Positions 48,263-60,109 of a stretch of 64,000 nt of DNA are shown here, one piece after another; positions within the stretch are counted from its first letter, which is position 1, and the number at the start of each line of letters is the position of its first letter. The position numbers and the translations under genes were made by a program. Source of the DNA: Takakia lepidozioides (lineage: Eukaryota; Plantae; Bryophyta); contig CM060731.1 in NCBI GenBank assembly GCA_030704615.1, positions 49,848,001 through 49,912,000 of the forward strand, given 5' to 3'. The notes under the pieces were generated by a model. The model was given only the letters and a program-made list of their open reading frames with translations, did not search any database and was not told the DNA's origin.

Positions 48263-48899
48263 AATGGTGGGTTTTTTTTTGTTTAACCCCTAAAGGCCTA
48301 CAGCTTTTTCCACCCTTGACTGCAAAATCTGCCGCATCCTTGGGCCATCTTTCTATTCATTAATACAACTGTGCTAAGATCTACACAACTTGACCGTTGA
48401 ATAATGTTCCTAGCAACGTCCCTTAACACCTGGTCCACCTCAGATTTTTATTTTTTTATTTTTTTAAGAAGAGGGACGGAGGCCTCATGAACTTTGTAGA
48501 TAAGGGACTTCAAATGTCCATGAGATACAAAGAGGAAAAAATAACCTCTATGATTACATGATTCTCCTCAGTTGGAATCTTATAACTTTATTTTTCTCCA
48601 TGAATTTAATCCTTATTCCAGGAAAGCCCGCTTTGCTATTTTTCGGGAATTTCCAGCGACCCAAAATCCTTGAAATTCGACATCTCCCACACCGAAGGTC
48701 CAAAAATCATGAGACCAAGCCGGTGCACCCCTCCTCATCGAGGGCTTTCCAACGGTTTGGGACATCTCAACGCTACAAAACAAACAAACAAAACAAAACA
48801 AACGTCTCACTTCATATAGACCAACATTAGTTAAAAACCATGTACCTGCTTAGTGGTTCAAAATAGAAATGACTCTTATACTTTGTAGTTTAAGAACTA

Positions 48900-49270
48900 T
48901 AGAAGGTATATTATCTATATGAGAGAATTTTCGGAATGGTGGTTGAGTGTACTACTAGAAATATGGTATAGAGGTTTATCAAAAAGCCGTGAGAAAATGG
49001 TTGCTCCTCATCTGTGATAAGCTGTAGAGGACTTTCTTTAATACAAGTGAATAAAAGGGTCTAAGCAGTTCACGGGCTTCCTCAAGCATGTGGTGCAATG
49101 GATGGCACTCACATCAAAATTGTTTTTTACCCTCATAAATATAGAGTTACCAATAGGTTATTAGATCATGATCACAATTACAACAATATAATTTTGCATG
49201 AGATTGTTATGTGGATGCAAACATACAATCTTTGGATATTTTTGTAGGTTTTCCTATATGTGTGTGATGC
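48900..49270 (+). mobile_element. Degenerate PIF/Harbinger DDE transposase remnant
   Basis: GLPQACGAMDGTHIKI at about 49075-49122, followed by LDHDHNYN and LDIFVGFP fragments. Confidence 0.7.
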
Positions 49271-49466
49271 TAGAATATTTTTCAATCTGAGTGGATGCTC
49301 ATTTCATTTTAAGGTTGGTTATGAGCTTCCATATGAGAAATTCAATTTCAAACATTCTTCATTTGGATCGGAGTAGTTGAATGCGCCTAGACCCATAATA
49401 TGATCATTTTTGTATTCTCCACAATTATATTAGATATTGATAACTTAATAGAACATTATGATGAGG

Positions 49467-49752
49467 CAGTGTTTTTTTTTTCTGGCGAATAATCGCCAGA
49501 TTTCGACCTGGAAAATGGGTCAGCTACTTTTACAAAGGAATTCTGGGATTAAAAGTCAAGAAAATCGCCAGAAAGCGCCAAAGGATAAATACCAGGAGCC
49601 AGATTTGTCCTACGTGGACCTGTTAAAATATGACACCTGTAATACAGCCTCTTTTCCAGCTGTCACCTCGTTATTCTCGCCACATGGGCGTTGGGTAGAA
49701 TCTACATGTCGCCCTGCCAGCGATTTTGGAAAAGTGAAAAATAAAAACACTG
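49467..49752. mobile_element. hAT-type MITE, 286 bp
   Basis: TIRs CAGTGTTTTT / AAAAACACTG and a perfect 8-bp TSD TGATGAGG (49459-49466 and 49753-49760). Confidence 0.9.
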
Positions 49753-50099
49753 TGATGAGGACTATTATATGGACAGCAAATGGACTATACACTAAGTATA
49801 GAAAATGAAACCAAACTTATGCATCAAACATTAACTCAACATACATATGTTTTAGAAGGAATTATTGGACTCCCCTCATAAATTATTTTCTTTAATGTGA
49901 CATTTACATGCATGAAAAATGGAACATATATAATGAATCATAGTTTTCAAAATGTAAAACTTTGTTTAGAGTTTGCAGTCCATATTTTTAGGTCAAAGAT
50001 GGATAGATTGTTCTATACTTGAATTCTGAACTACTTTCAAAGTATTAAGATTGCCAAGTATGTTGTTTGCAGTGTGCACAAAGTCTACGCAAATTATTA

Positions 50100-50620
50100 C
50101 ATCTCTATCAATCTTCTCACATCAGACGACCATCTTCACTCGATCATCCATCAGAACGACACTAGATATCCAAGCTGAGGAGCAAACTTATTGTTGTTAT
50201 CAGAAGAATAACATTTATTTCCAAGATGTTTACTGACAAACAAAACAAATTTAAAAAAATGAGAGAATTAGAATAGGAGAGAGTCAAACATAATAGTTTA
50301 TTGATAGCTGAATTAAGTTGAGCTCTCAACTTGAACACACTTTCGACGGGGTTAAGATTGAGAAGTATGTTCCAAACCCGATGCAAAATCTTACCTGATC
50401 TCTAGATCAATCTTCTTACTTTGGACGACCATCTGTACTCGACTCGCCCTCGAACGACTATAAGTATCCAAGGTCATGAGGAACGATTAATTGTTGAGAT
50501 CATGGGGAATAATATTTATGCACGAGATGTTTGCGACCAAACAAAACAAAGAAGAAGAGATGAGAGAATTAGAATAGAACTTTATAGAAGAGAGAGAGTC
50601 TGAAGCAAATAGAGTGTTTG
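50100..50620. repeat. Two diverged direct repeats with a period of about 300 bp
   Basis: ATCAATCTTCT...GACGACCATCT...GAACGAC...TATCCAAG...ATGAGAGAATTAGAATAG is present twice. Confidence 0.6.
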
Positions 50621-50996
50621 CAGTACATTACATCCAATAGTAGTACAACAAAAATCATAATGCTATAAAAAAGAGTTGTTTTATAGGGGACCATGCAATG
50701 TTGTGGATAATTGCCAACGCAAAGAAATTGGAGCACAAGTGTTAGATGAACTTGACCTTGAAGAATAAAGCCTGTGGAATAGTTAAAATACCGGGACATG
50801 ATTGGATTTCAGTCATAAACACAAGTAATGGAAAACCTCATTACCTTGTTACCTGATTGCTTACCCCATGTGAAAGTCCCAGCGCGATAGTCATGTAGAT
50901 CCATAGAGTATCAACCTTCTTCGAAGTTCCACCAAGTTTCCTGAATTTGGTGAGTCTCCTTCGCAGTCTAACAGACAGATTGGGTGGTTTGTGCAG

Positions 50997-52583
50997 CAAT
51001 GGCAGCTGAATGCCATTAGAGAGCGTTATGCCCCCTCGGTGGTGGAGGTGCTTCGGATCATGAAGGAAACACTAGAAGCCTTTTTTGCACTACCTGTATC
51101 ACAATACCCTGACCTCTTGCAAGACTTGGTGACCGGGTTAGATAAGGCGCTGCAGCGCTATGCCTCCCAAACTGTAGCCCCCTGTGGTATGCTCCCTTGC
51201 TCCATGATATTTAATTACTCAAACTGGTTTAGACACCATGTTGTCAAATTCCTTGAAAGCTGATTCTTTGCTCGACTGTTTCTGGATCCCAGGACACTTC
51301 GTGGTTTTACAAGCACCTGTGCTGCTTGCAGAGCCAGCTGCCTAGCATGTAGTGATATAGTTGTGCTCACTCAATTATGCTATGGGACAGTGCTTGCTCG
51401 GGTGACTTTCTATGAGAGAAAATCCTCACCTTGCAACTCCTCTTACTTAAGACGGAATGTGCAAGCGCAAAAAACCCGAATAGAGGAGCATTTAGGTCAA
51501 AGATCAGGTTCACACCATAGCTTGATTCTATCCTTCAGTTGAGATATTACCATCTTTGTGAGTCGGGATGCACAAAAGGATCAATGTATGGTCGCTTTCC
51601 TCCTCTTACCAATTTATCCTGCCTGTTGGAAAGAGGCCAGTAGGCAGGTAAAGATGCTGAGATGCAAGACCAGCAGCAAGTCATGGCTTGGCTTGCACAA
51701 GAGCAAAGGAAGGGCTGAAGAAAGCAATGGCAGCACTACACGCAGGGGGCCTGGATGCCTTCAGTCTGCCCTATCTATGTGTCCGCATCAATACCCTTCA
51801 ACACATCATCACAGAACTGGAGTTCATTGAAAAGAAGATCCGTTTTGGCTGGCAAAAAGACCCCACTCTCACGTCCAATGGTGGTAAAAGCGCTAAGAGT
51901 GCGAAGTCACAACCTGCCCCTCCCCCTCCAGTTGCCTTATCGGTCGACAGCAGTTTCAAGAGAACAAGGGGGCAAGTCCAGGAGGGTGTCCAGCAGCTGA
52001 TTGAACTTGCTGCATATAGGGTTGCTTTCTCAGACTTAAGGGGTACATTTTGGGAGGGGCTTTATGTGGGAAGGGTGGCAATGCCAGAATCTCTAGTGTT
52101 ACTCAGCAGCTGGACGCCAAATTAGGGATCATAGCTGACACCTCTTCAGAACGCCTAAGGAATCGTGTTGTGGGGGCCCTTATGCGGGCTTGCTTTGAAT
52201 GTTTCCTGTTAGTTCTATTGGCTGGCGGGCCATCTCGTGCGTTCACAGTTAGCGACGCAGACATCCTTAAGGAGGATTTTGGAAACCTCAAGGACCTCTT
52301 CAAGGCTGATGGAGAGGGGTTGCCATCAGATGTGGTGGAAAAGGCAGCTGCCCGTGCAGCACAGGTCCTGTCGTTGTTTGATCTTCCCAGTAATGAGCTG
52401 ATTTAAATTTTCACATCTTTGGAAGGGGTGGCAAGCAGATCAGGATCCAGACTCTCCCTGCCCCCGACTACAGGAGTTTGGAGCACATCAGATGCTAACA
52501 CTGTTGCGCGTGCTCTGTTGTCGTTGTGATGACACAGTATCAAAAAATTTGAAGAAGAGCTACCATTTGCCAAAGAAGGTGTA
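50997..52583 (+). pseudogene. 3' fragment of a PATROL1 / Munc13-like (DUF810) gene with frameshifts and stops
   Basis: APSVVEVLRIMKETLEAFF.LP, LCVRINTLQHI..ELE..EK, AAYRV.F.DL...FWEGLYVG, LMRACFECFLLVLLAGGPSRAF and KKSYHLPKKV*. There is a frameshift near 52080 and a stop at 52404, and no 5' exons are visible. Confidence 0.85.
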
Positions 52584-52902
52584 GTAGCTCTGTAATTGGT
52601 GTCAGGCAGTCAGGTTAAGTGTTGGTACCAGAAAAGCTTTTCCCTCCATAGGTATGTAGGACTCTGTATATTCTAGTGCCCTTTGTATAGGCAGACCGGG
52701 TTTTTGTCCACCTCAAAAACACATTGCCGGTGGAGGTGTTTTATTTAGCTTTATTTTATTTAAGCGCAGTTGATCCTCACTGGATAATGTCAATACAGAG
52801 TCTGTCCAGGGCAATGAAGTTTGTGGCAGGGTGGTGGCGTTGCAATCACCCCACACCCAAGGGTTCTTGATAATGCCAAGTAGCCTTCCTGGGGTAGGCT
52901 TC

Positions 52903-53352
52903 TCATTGTGGCTGAGAGAATTCTAGTTGATCACAGTTCAGGTTCGGATTGTCAGAAGGTGAATAATGTTTTTTATCAACAATTGTATGTACCTGGAGAT
53001 TGACATCAATGCTGCTCACTGGGCTCGATCTGACACCACCGTCCTCCATCACTTTTCTCACCTTTTCTTTATCGTCCCACCTGCCAGTGGCCACATATAT
53101 GTTTGATAGCGGCGTATAAGTTGCTGCGTCCTGTGAATCCCCCTTGAGTAGGGATTTTGCTGCACGTTCTGCTAGCTCTACATTCCCATGTATTCTGCAG
53201 GCACCAAGCAAGGCCCCCCCAACCGAACGGCATCTGCTTCCATTGGCATTTTATGATAAAAATCCTCCGCCTCATTCAATCCGCCCCCAACGCCCCAAGA
53301 AGGTCCAACCATGGCAGGCCACCAAAAATGATCACTGTTGGACTGAAGGGCA
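52903..53352 (-). pseudogene. Degenerate PPR S2/E1/E2 fragment with no DYW, running into the assembly gap
   Basis: [19 protein letters not shown]......A.Y..LSNIY...GRWDDK.KVRKVMED, with frameshifts upstream. Confidence 0.8.
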
Positions 53353-53852
53353 NNNNNNNNNNNNNNNNNNNNNNNNNNNNNNNNNNNNNNNNNNNNNNNN
53401 NNNNNNNNNNNNNNNNNNNNNNNNNNNNNNNNNNNNNNNNNNNNNNNNNNNNNNNNNNNNNNNNNNNNNNNNNNNNNNNNNNNNNNNNNNNNNNNNNNNN
53501 NNNNNNNNNNNNNNNNNNNNNNNNNNNNNNNNNNNNNNNNNNNNNNNNNNNNNNNNNNNNNNNNNNNNNNNNNNNNNNNNNNNNNNNNNNNNNNNNNNNN
53601 NNNNNNNNNNNNNNNNNNNNNNNNNNNNNNNNNNNNNNNNNNNNNNNNNNNNNNNNNNNNNNNNNNNNNNNNNNNNNNNNNNNNNNNNNNNNNNNNNNNN
53701 NNNNNNNNNNNNNNNNNNNNNNNNNNNNNNNNNNNNNNNNNNNNNNNNNNNNNNNNNNNNNNNNNNNNNNNNNNNNNNNNNNNNNNNNNNNNNNNNNNNN
53801 NNNNNNNNNNNNNNNNNNNNNNNNNNNNNNNNNNNNNNNNNNNNNNNNNNNN
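53353..53852. other. Assembly gap (500 N)
   Basis: Run of Ns; adjacency across it is not established. Confidence 0.99.
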
Positions 53853-54139
53853 ATCATAATCTGATATTTATACGATACAATCATACTGTGTAGAGAGATC
53901 TGAGTGAAGCTGTGGATTGAATGGAGGAGTGAAGGAAACTAATACGTAATTATCAATGGTAAGGTAGCCAAGATGAATGCGAAAAGGGAAACAAATAGGA
54001 AACACCCCCATGATACACTAGCTGTAGGTCATGACTGATTGTTCTGCGCGGGCTGAGTACTTAGAGATTTCCAACTCTTCTATCTTGGAGTTTCCGCCTC
54101 GGATAGCGAAGGGATGGGTGAGTAAAAGCCGCGCGACAG

Positions 54140-55605
54140 GAAGCACCAAACAATTTGCGGCAACGCACACTGTTTGTGCCCCCCTGCTTTGCTTGTTTTT
54201 GATGTCAAGCTGTACCACACCAGCCCAGTCTATCATGTCAAAATGTACCTAGATGGAAGCACGAAATAGTGTGCGACAACGCACACTGTTTGTGCCCCTC
54301 TTTTTTGCTTGTTTTTTATGTCAAAATGAAACAGACCAAGCCAGTCTGTGGTGTATCACACACACGTAGATGGAAGCACAAAACAGTGCGCGTTGCCGCA
54401 CACTGTTTGTGCCCCTCTACTTGGTTTTTTTCTATGTCAAAATGTGTCACACCAGCAGTGTCTGCCATGTTCAAATCACACCTAGATGGAAGCACAAAAC
54501 AGTGTGCGGCAACGCACACTGTTTGTGGCCCCCTCTTTGATTACTTTTTGATGTCAAAATGGGCCACACAAGGCCAGTCTGGCATGTTCAAAACACCCCT
54601 AATTGGAAGCATGAAACAGTGTGCGGCAACTCACACTGTTTGTGCCTCCCTCTTTGTTTATTTTTTGATGTCAAAATGTGCCACACAGGGCCAGTCTGTC
54701 ATATTCAATACACCCCTAATTGGAAGCACGAGATAGTGTGCGGCAACACACACTGTTTGTGCCCCCCTTTTTGGTTGTTTTCTGATGCCAAAAAATGCCA
54801 CACCAGCAGTGTTTGCCATGTTCAAAACACACCCAGATGGAAGCAACAGCAACGCACACTGTTTTGCGCCCCCCTTTTTGGTTGTTTTCTGATGTCAAAA
54901 AATGCCACACCAGCAGTGTCTGCCATGTTCAAAGCACACCCAGATGGAAGCACGAAACAGTGTGCGGCACTCTTCTTTGTTTTTTTGTGTGTCAAAATGA
55001 ACCACACCAGCAGTGTTTGCCTAGTTCAAAACACACATAATTGGAAGCACCAAACAGTGTGCGGTGCCGCACACTGTTTGTGCCCCTCTTCTTTGCCAAT
55101 TTTTGATGTCAAAATGTAACACCAGGCCAGTCTGTCATGTCTTAGTCCCTTTGTATTTTATTCACCCAACTCTATCCGTCTGGCTTCAATCAACTTGTAA
55201 GCACAGAATAGTCACTCTGGTCTACATTTCTTGAAACCCCTGTCAAGAGCTCTATTTGGTTTGGAATGATCCCATTCAGTTCTCTCTTTTGCTTTAAACA
55301 GAGACAAATGGAAGCAAGAAACAAAGTGCGGCACAACACACTGTTTCTTGCCCCTCTCTTCATTTGGGGTTGAGAAGTGTGGACCATGCCTTGTTCCTCA
55401 AACATCCATCAAGGTGAAATGGCAGTACGGAACAGTGTGCGGTGCCGCACACTGTTTGTGCCCCTTGTACTGCGACATGTTTTCATGTAATAGAAAGCCA
55501 ACTTGATTCTTTTTGAAACTTTGAAGCACATTTGAAGTTTGGTGAAAACACGGAAAATGTATGTGTTTGAAGCTCTGTACAGTGTTCGGCACCGCACATT
55601 GTTTT
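54140..55605. repeat. Tandem array with a 116-117 bp period, each unit carrying the palindrome AAACAGTGTGCG-N4-CGCACACTGTTT
   Basis: Palindromes start at 54148, 54264, 54381, 54497, 54614 and 54731. Partial copies occur at about 54845 and 54955, and further copies at 55052, 55319, 55430 and 55578. Confidence 0.9.
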
Positions 55606-55649
55606 TGACCTCTCTCTTATGTCAATTTGAATGAACATCCCTGTAGGAG

Positions 55650-58600
55650 AAGATGCAAAGGGTGGAGGATGAGAACCCTTTAGGGCAGGAAAAGGAGATC
55701 ATTGTTGATGTGGACGATGAGTTCTATGAAAGCAAAGCCGCAGAGATGCTGGGGGGTCAGAAGGTAAATTCTTAGCTTGTGGTGCAAAGTATGCTTGCCC
55801 CGGGTGGGAGACCTATTGAAGATTCCTCTGTGTAGGTTGGTTTCCATGTCTGTTGTTCGTCCACCCCTCATCAAGGACATCCAGAAGCTGGAGGCCGAGT
55901 TTGTTCATGGGTATTTGGATGGATCCGCACTCTTTTACGTTTCTACTAGGGATTCCAGAGGCAAAGAGCTCCTTGTGGATGAGTCAATCGTGGACTCTTG
56001 GGATCCCATTTGGAGACATGTGAACGAATCCTTCGAACTTCTTCTCTCCATGAAACCTTCGACCGAAGCATTCTGAGGGAAGATGTTTCACGTATGGGAT
56101 GGCAACCACCGGTTGCTTGCATGGATGGCTGTCATTGGGAGGCTGCACTCACAGAAGGAAGAGTGGCATTATTGTGTTCGAACGATGGTGTTGGATTGTG
56201 ACGGGCACATGATGGGTCTTCTGACGACAATGAATGATGTGAACAGGTTGGTTTCTCATTTTACATATCCCAGTTGTGGTTCCGTGGCTCTTTGGTTCCA
56301 GTCCTCTATTGTCGGTTCTTGAATTTCATTCTGACTTTCACACGTCATTCTACAGAGGGACGGAGACATTGCATGTCAAAACGAGTCTAGTTCACACACT
56401 GTACATGATACAGAGGATCGGCCAGATGCCCTTGACCAACTTCAAGACCATCCTTTCAGCAGAGACGTACAAGAAGTGCGAAAGCTCCAAGACATCAAAA
56501 ACATGGTACTCGTTGACCCGTGAGGCTTTCATGGAGTATATGTACGCGGTGAGATACATCTTCCATCATCTGGCCTTTCGATATTCCTGCTTCCAGATCT
56601 TTGTTTCTGTTTGTTTCCATTGCCTTTGTGTTGATGCAACTCTCGTGCATTCTCTTGCAGCAAGACATTGTAGATGCAGGACAATGTGGCAAACTGGAAT
56701 ACTACAGCTCTACCTTGAAGAGAGAAGGACAACAAAAGGGTTGAGAGTCACATCAAGCAAGAGATGACCGCCACAAGAAAGAATATTATGAGTGCTTTTG
56801 TGAAGCAGTTGAGAATTGCCAACCCATCCTTCGGACCACAGTTTCTTCAAGAGGTGAAAAACCATTTCAACAAGCCAGGCAAGCCGGAGATGGCCCAGGA
56901 GAAGTTGCACAGGTTGTCTACCGCCGTTGTGTCTTCAGAACAGAAGGTGAAGTGGCTACAAATATGGAACTCCGATCCCACTGTTAGGGATACCCACATG
57001 TTCCCCAGGTTGGAGAAAGAGAAGAAGACCCAGCGTGTCATTCCTGTCAGTGACAATATGATGGACACATGGCTTCACAAGGCCACTTACTGGAGCCAGG
57101 TATGATGTCCTTTGCTGTGTCACTTCATTTTGCTTTTCTGTCGTTCTCATTCCATGTTACAGTGGCTTTGATTGTTTTCTGGTTCATTCTTGCATTCGAA
57201 TTGTTTTGCAGTTAGAGGAAAAGGCCCAGTCTGTTCTACATACGCAGCTGGCTGACTATGGCATCACCATGATAGCACCAAAGGTCTCCTTCCAAGCATA
57301 CATGCGGAAATGGAGAGCCACAGTGTGGCAATCTTGTTTCTTTAGGGAGTTCAACAAGGAGGGTGGTATCAGTCAAACAAATAAGCTTGACCAGCAGGAG
57401 GAAGGAGAGGAAGCCTGGAAACGATGCCTTTACAGGTGCAAAATGGACTATTGCTTCTTTGATTTGCAAAGACACACTCTCCTCCATCCAACCTATTTTG
57501 TGCTGGCTCATATGAGTGTGCGGTGCCGCAAACTCATTTGTTCTATCCGTGTGTAGTAATACCAACGTGCACACCCTGTGCCCTTCAAGCTATTTTGTGT
57601 GCGGTGGTTGCAGTGTGCGGTGCCGCATACTCTTTTAGGGGGTCTTTGTGATGTGGTAGAAAAGCTGGGAGACAATAGTTGCATTGCATAATGAGGTTGT
57701 CTCTGTGCCTGCAGGTACATAAAGTATGTTCTCATGGCAGAGAACTGCTTAGACAAACATCATGATTTTGTGGACCTGTGGCTAGTTCCTGCTGGCAACC
57801 AGACCATGTTTACTACGGGGATCTTGCAGGACTGGGGCCCAGACCTTCTTTCTGCCTGTGGTTGGTATTTGGATTGCCCTGTTTCTGAGACCCCAGTGCA
57901 GGAGGTGTCTTTGAGGAGAGAGAATGAGCGTGTAGCAGCCACCGCCGCAGCTGCCGACCTCGAGATTCATGATAGAAATTTGAGGACACTTGCAGAGAAA
58001 GAGCCTCCAGCTCAGGATACCCCGGGTAAAGGTAGAAAGGCCAAGGGAAAAGATGTTGTTGTTGGTGTGGGGAAAGGAAGGGGTAGGGGGAAGGGAGCGC
58101 AAGGGCAGGTAGGTGGGTAGGAAAGTGTTGCAGAAACTAGCCCTGCGGCGGATGTCCAGCAGACCAAAGAGACTCCACCGCATGGTAGGGGATCCGGGAG
58201 AAAGAACAAGGGGGTGGTTGATCCTAAGGACCCGTACCATGCAGTGGAGCATCCCATGAGGGTCATTCGCCCTACCAGGTTGGAGATGGCCAACGTCGGG
58301 TTCCTTGCCATGATGGAGTCCAAGAAATCTGATTACAAGGGCGAGCCATCACCAGTGTGGGAGAGGATTGTGGAGTTCCTTGGCACGGTGCGTGTTGTCT
58401 TTAGCTTCTTGTGTGTTGTAGGCATGGGTCGTTTCAATCCTCTTGAGCATTCCATTGCATGCTTGTTTGCAGGCTAAAATGACCAAATCCTGGGTGAACG
58501 GGAAGGAGAAGCCATATGCAGTTGAACTCATCATCTTGGACATCCCTGATGGGTTGCCAGTCCCGGATGTCCCTCCAACGGGTGCTTGTCCAGGTTGGAA

Positions 58601-59115
58601 TGCTTTTGATGAGCGCTACTGGCGGTGGGTTTTCTCCTTTTGCAATTTTTTTCTGTCCGATGCAGGTGTTTTGGTGCTCATTCAGTCCATCGACCTTCGT
58701 TGTCGCCGTGCACTTGCCAGCTATTTAAAAGCCTCTGGTATGAGGGTCGTGAAGACATGGAATTGTGTGAACAACATGTATTTGACGAAGGGGGATCGTC
58801 CGGGAGAGATGGTAAATCTGCCTTCTTATTCCTCTTCTTGGTGGTTCTCAGATGGAGTTGCATAAGTCGCTCAAATGAATATTTAGGGGCTTGGTTTTCA
58901 AGCTTCTTAGTTCCTTGTGGATGTCATGTTTGCAGACTCGTTTGTTTGAAGCATGGGGGCAAGTTCATAGACGAGAGGACAGATCCTCCCACGGATGACA
59001 TGCACCACAACTACGTGGACAGCAACGTGTGCTTGCGAAGGGGGAATGGGGTTCCTTGGAGAGGGGCCAGGGAGAGGAGCCCGACTTTCATTCAAACGAT
59101 TGTGGAGTGCTGCAT
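55650..59115 (+). pseudogene. Degenerate multi-exon, probably transposon-borne gene: ParB/Srx-like N-terminal motif plus a truncated N4/N6 amino-methyltransferase-like C-terminus
   Basis: VVRPPLIKDIQKLEAEFVHGY...FHVWDGNHRLLAW is ParB-like. VELIILDIPDG is DPPY-like, followed by FLSDAGVLVL and PWRGARERSP. There is an in-frame stop at 56074, and the gene breaks off before any FxGxG motif. Confidence 0.5.
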
Positions 59116-59119
59116 CTAC

Positions 59120-60109
59120 ACCGATGCCAGAGTTATGGTTTATCAATGGGCATAGACATTTGATCGGCTACCATGATTGCGACGCCGGGGGTAAGACCAG
59201 CTGAGGTGTTCAGGCTGGCAGCTACACTTTGTGAGAGTGGGGAGGTTAATTCATCTTCTGCAGAGATAGTGGGAGGTGTAGTGCTGGAGGGATCCTCGGA
59301 TTTGAGGGTCAAGACTGCCACGGCGGCGCCATGGCAAGCTGCAGCTACCAGGTTGATGGAGCTGCCAGCTAGGCCAGCCATTGAGCACGCCATGGTGACA
59401 CCTGGGGCTGTCATGTTAGACAACCAGGAGGGTATTTTCTGTTTGAGTGGACCGGCAGGCACGAGGTACCGGCCACTGAGGGTCTTGTTGGACTCGGGAG
59501 CTCAGCCGTTGATGCTGGGCATAGCTCCTATTGCAGACTTGGGCCTCACGGAGGTAGATATGGAGCCTTGTCCTTTCCAGATACAGACATCTCTGGGAGG
59601 ATCGGAGCAGGCTCGAGGCATGACACGGCGTCAGTTGGCTATCAGACTACGGCCGGATCGTTGTACAGATGGCTCAGTGATGTTTCCTATAGGCATGGAT
59701 GGCAGTCAGGGGAGGGCCGGCGTGTGCAGCTCCCTGTGACGTTCATAGGAGGAGTTGCGGTTGCGCAGCGAGACAAGATGTCGACACTAGCAGCATTCAC
59801 AGCTGCAGTGACTTGGCCTGGAGAGTTCCTAGAGGGCAACGCTCATTCAGAGGATGACACACCTCCAGAAGAGCAGGGTGACATGTATGGTATGGCGGAG
59901 TTGCCTGCCATGGTTGCTCAGATTCCATTGTGGGGCACGAGCAAGGATTTGCAGCGGGTTGCTGATCGACGGGTGCAACAAGCCTGGGTGGAGGCTTTTG
60001 TACCATCAGGAGAGGAGGAGAGTGCGGGGATTGCACCAGGACCACCTCAGTTGTCACCATTGGATACCACAACTATTGTGTGGTAGTATCCGGATGAAGG
60101 CATTTGTTA
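59120..60109 (+). mobile_element. Degenerate retrotransposon pol fragment (aspartic protease region)
   Basis: PLRVLLDSGAQPLMLG carries the D-S-G retropepsin motif. There is a frameshift near 59680 and a stop at 60084. Confidence 0.7.

Noticed and set aside
53144-53893. Long ORFs of 202-249 aa
   Set aside because: Artefacts of translating through 500 Ns.
54016-54030. CACTA left terminus for the palindrome-array element
   Set aside because: CACTAGCTGT does not resemble the TIR at 60110 beyond 6 nt, and no partner end is visible.
54269-55119. Cys/His-rich ORFs of 155-186 aa
   Set aside because: Translations of the 117-bp tandem repeat, whose period is a multiple of three.
54140-55605. CRISPR array
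   Set aside because: The sequences between palindromes are homologous to each other rather than unique spacers. There are no cas genes and the context is eukaryotic.
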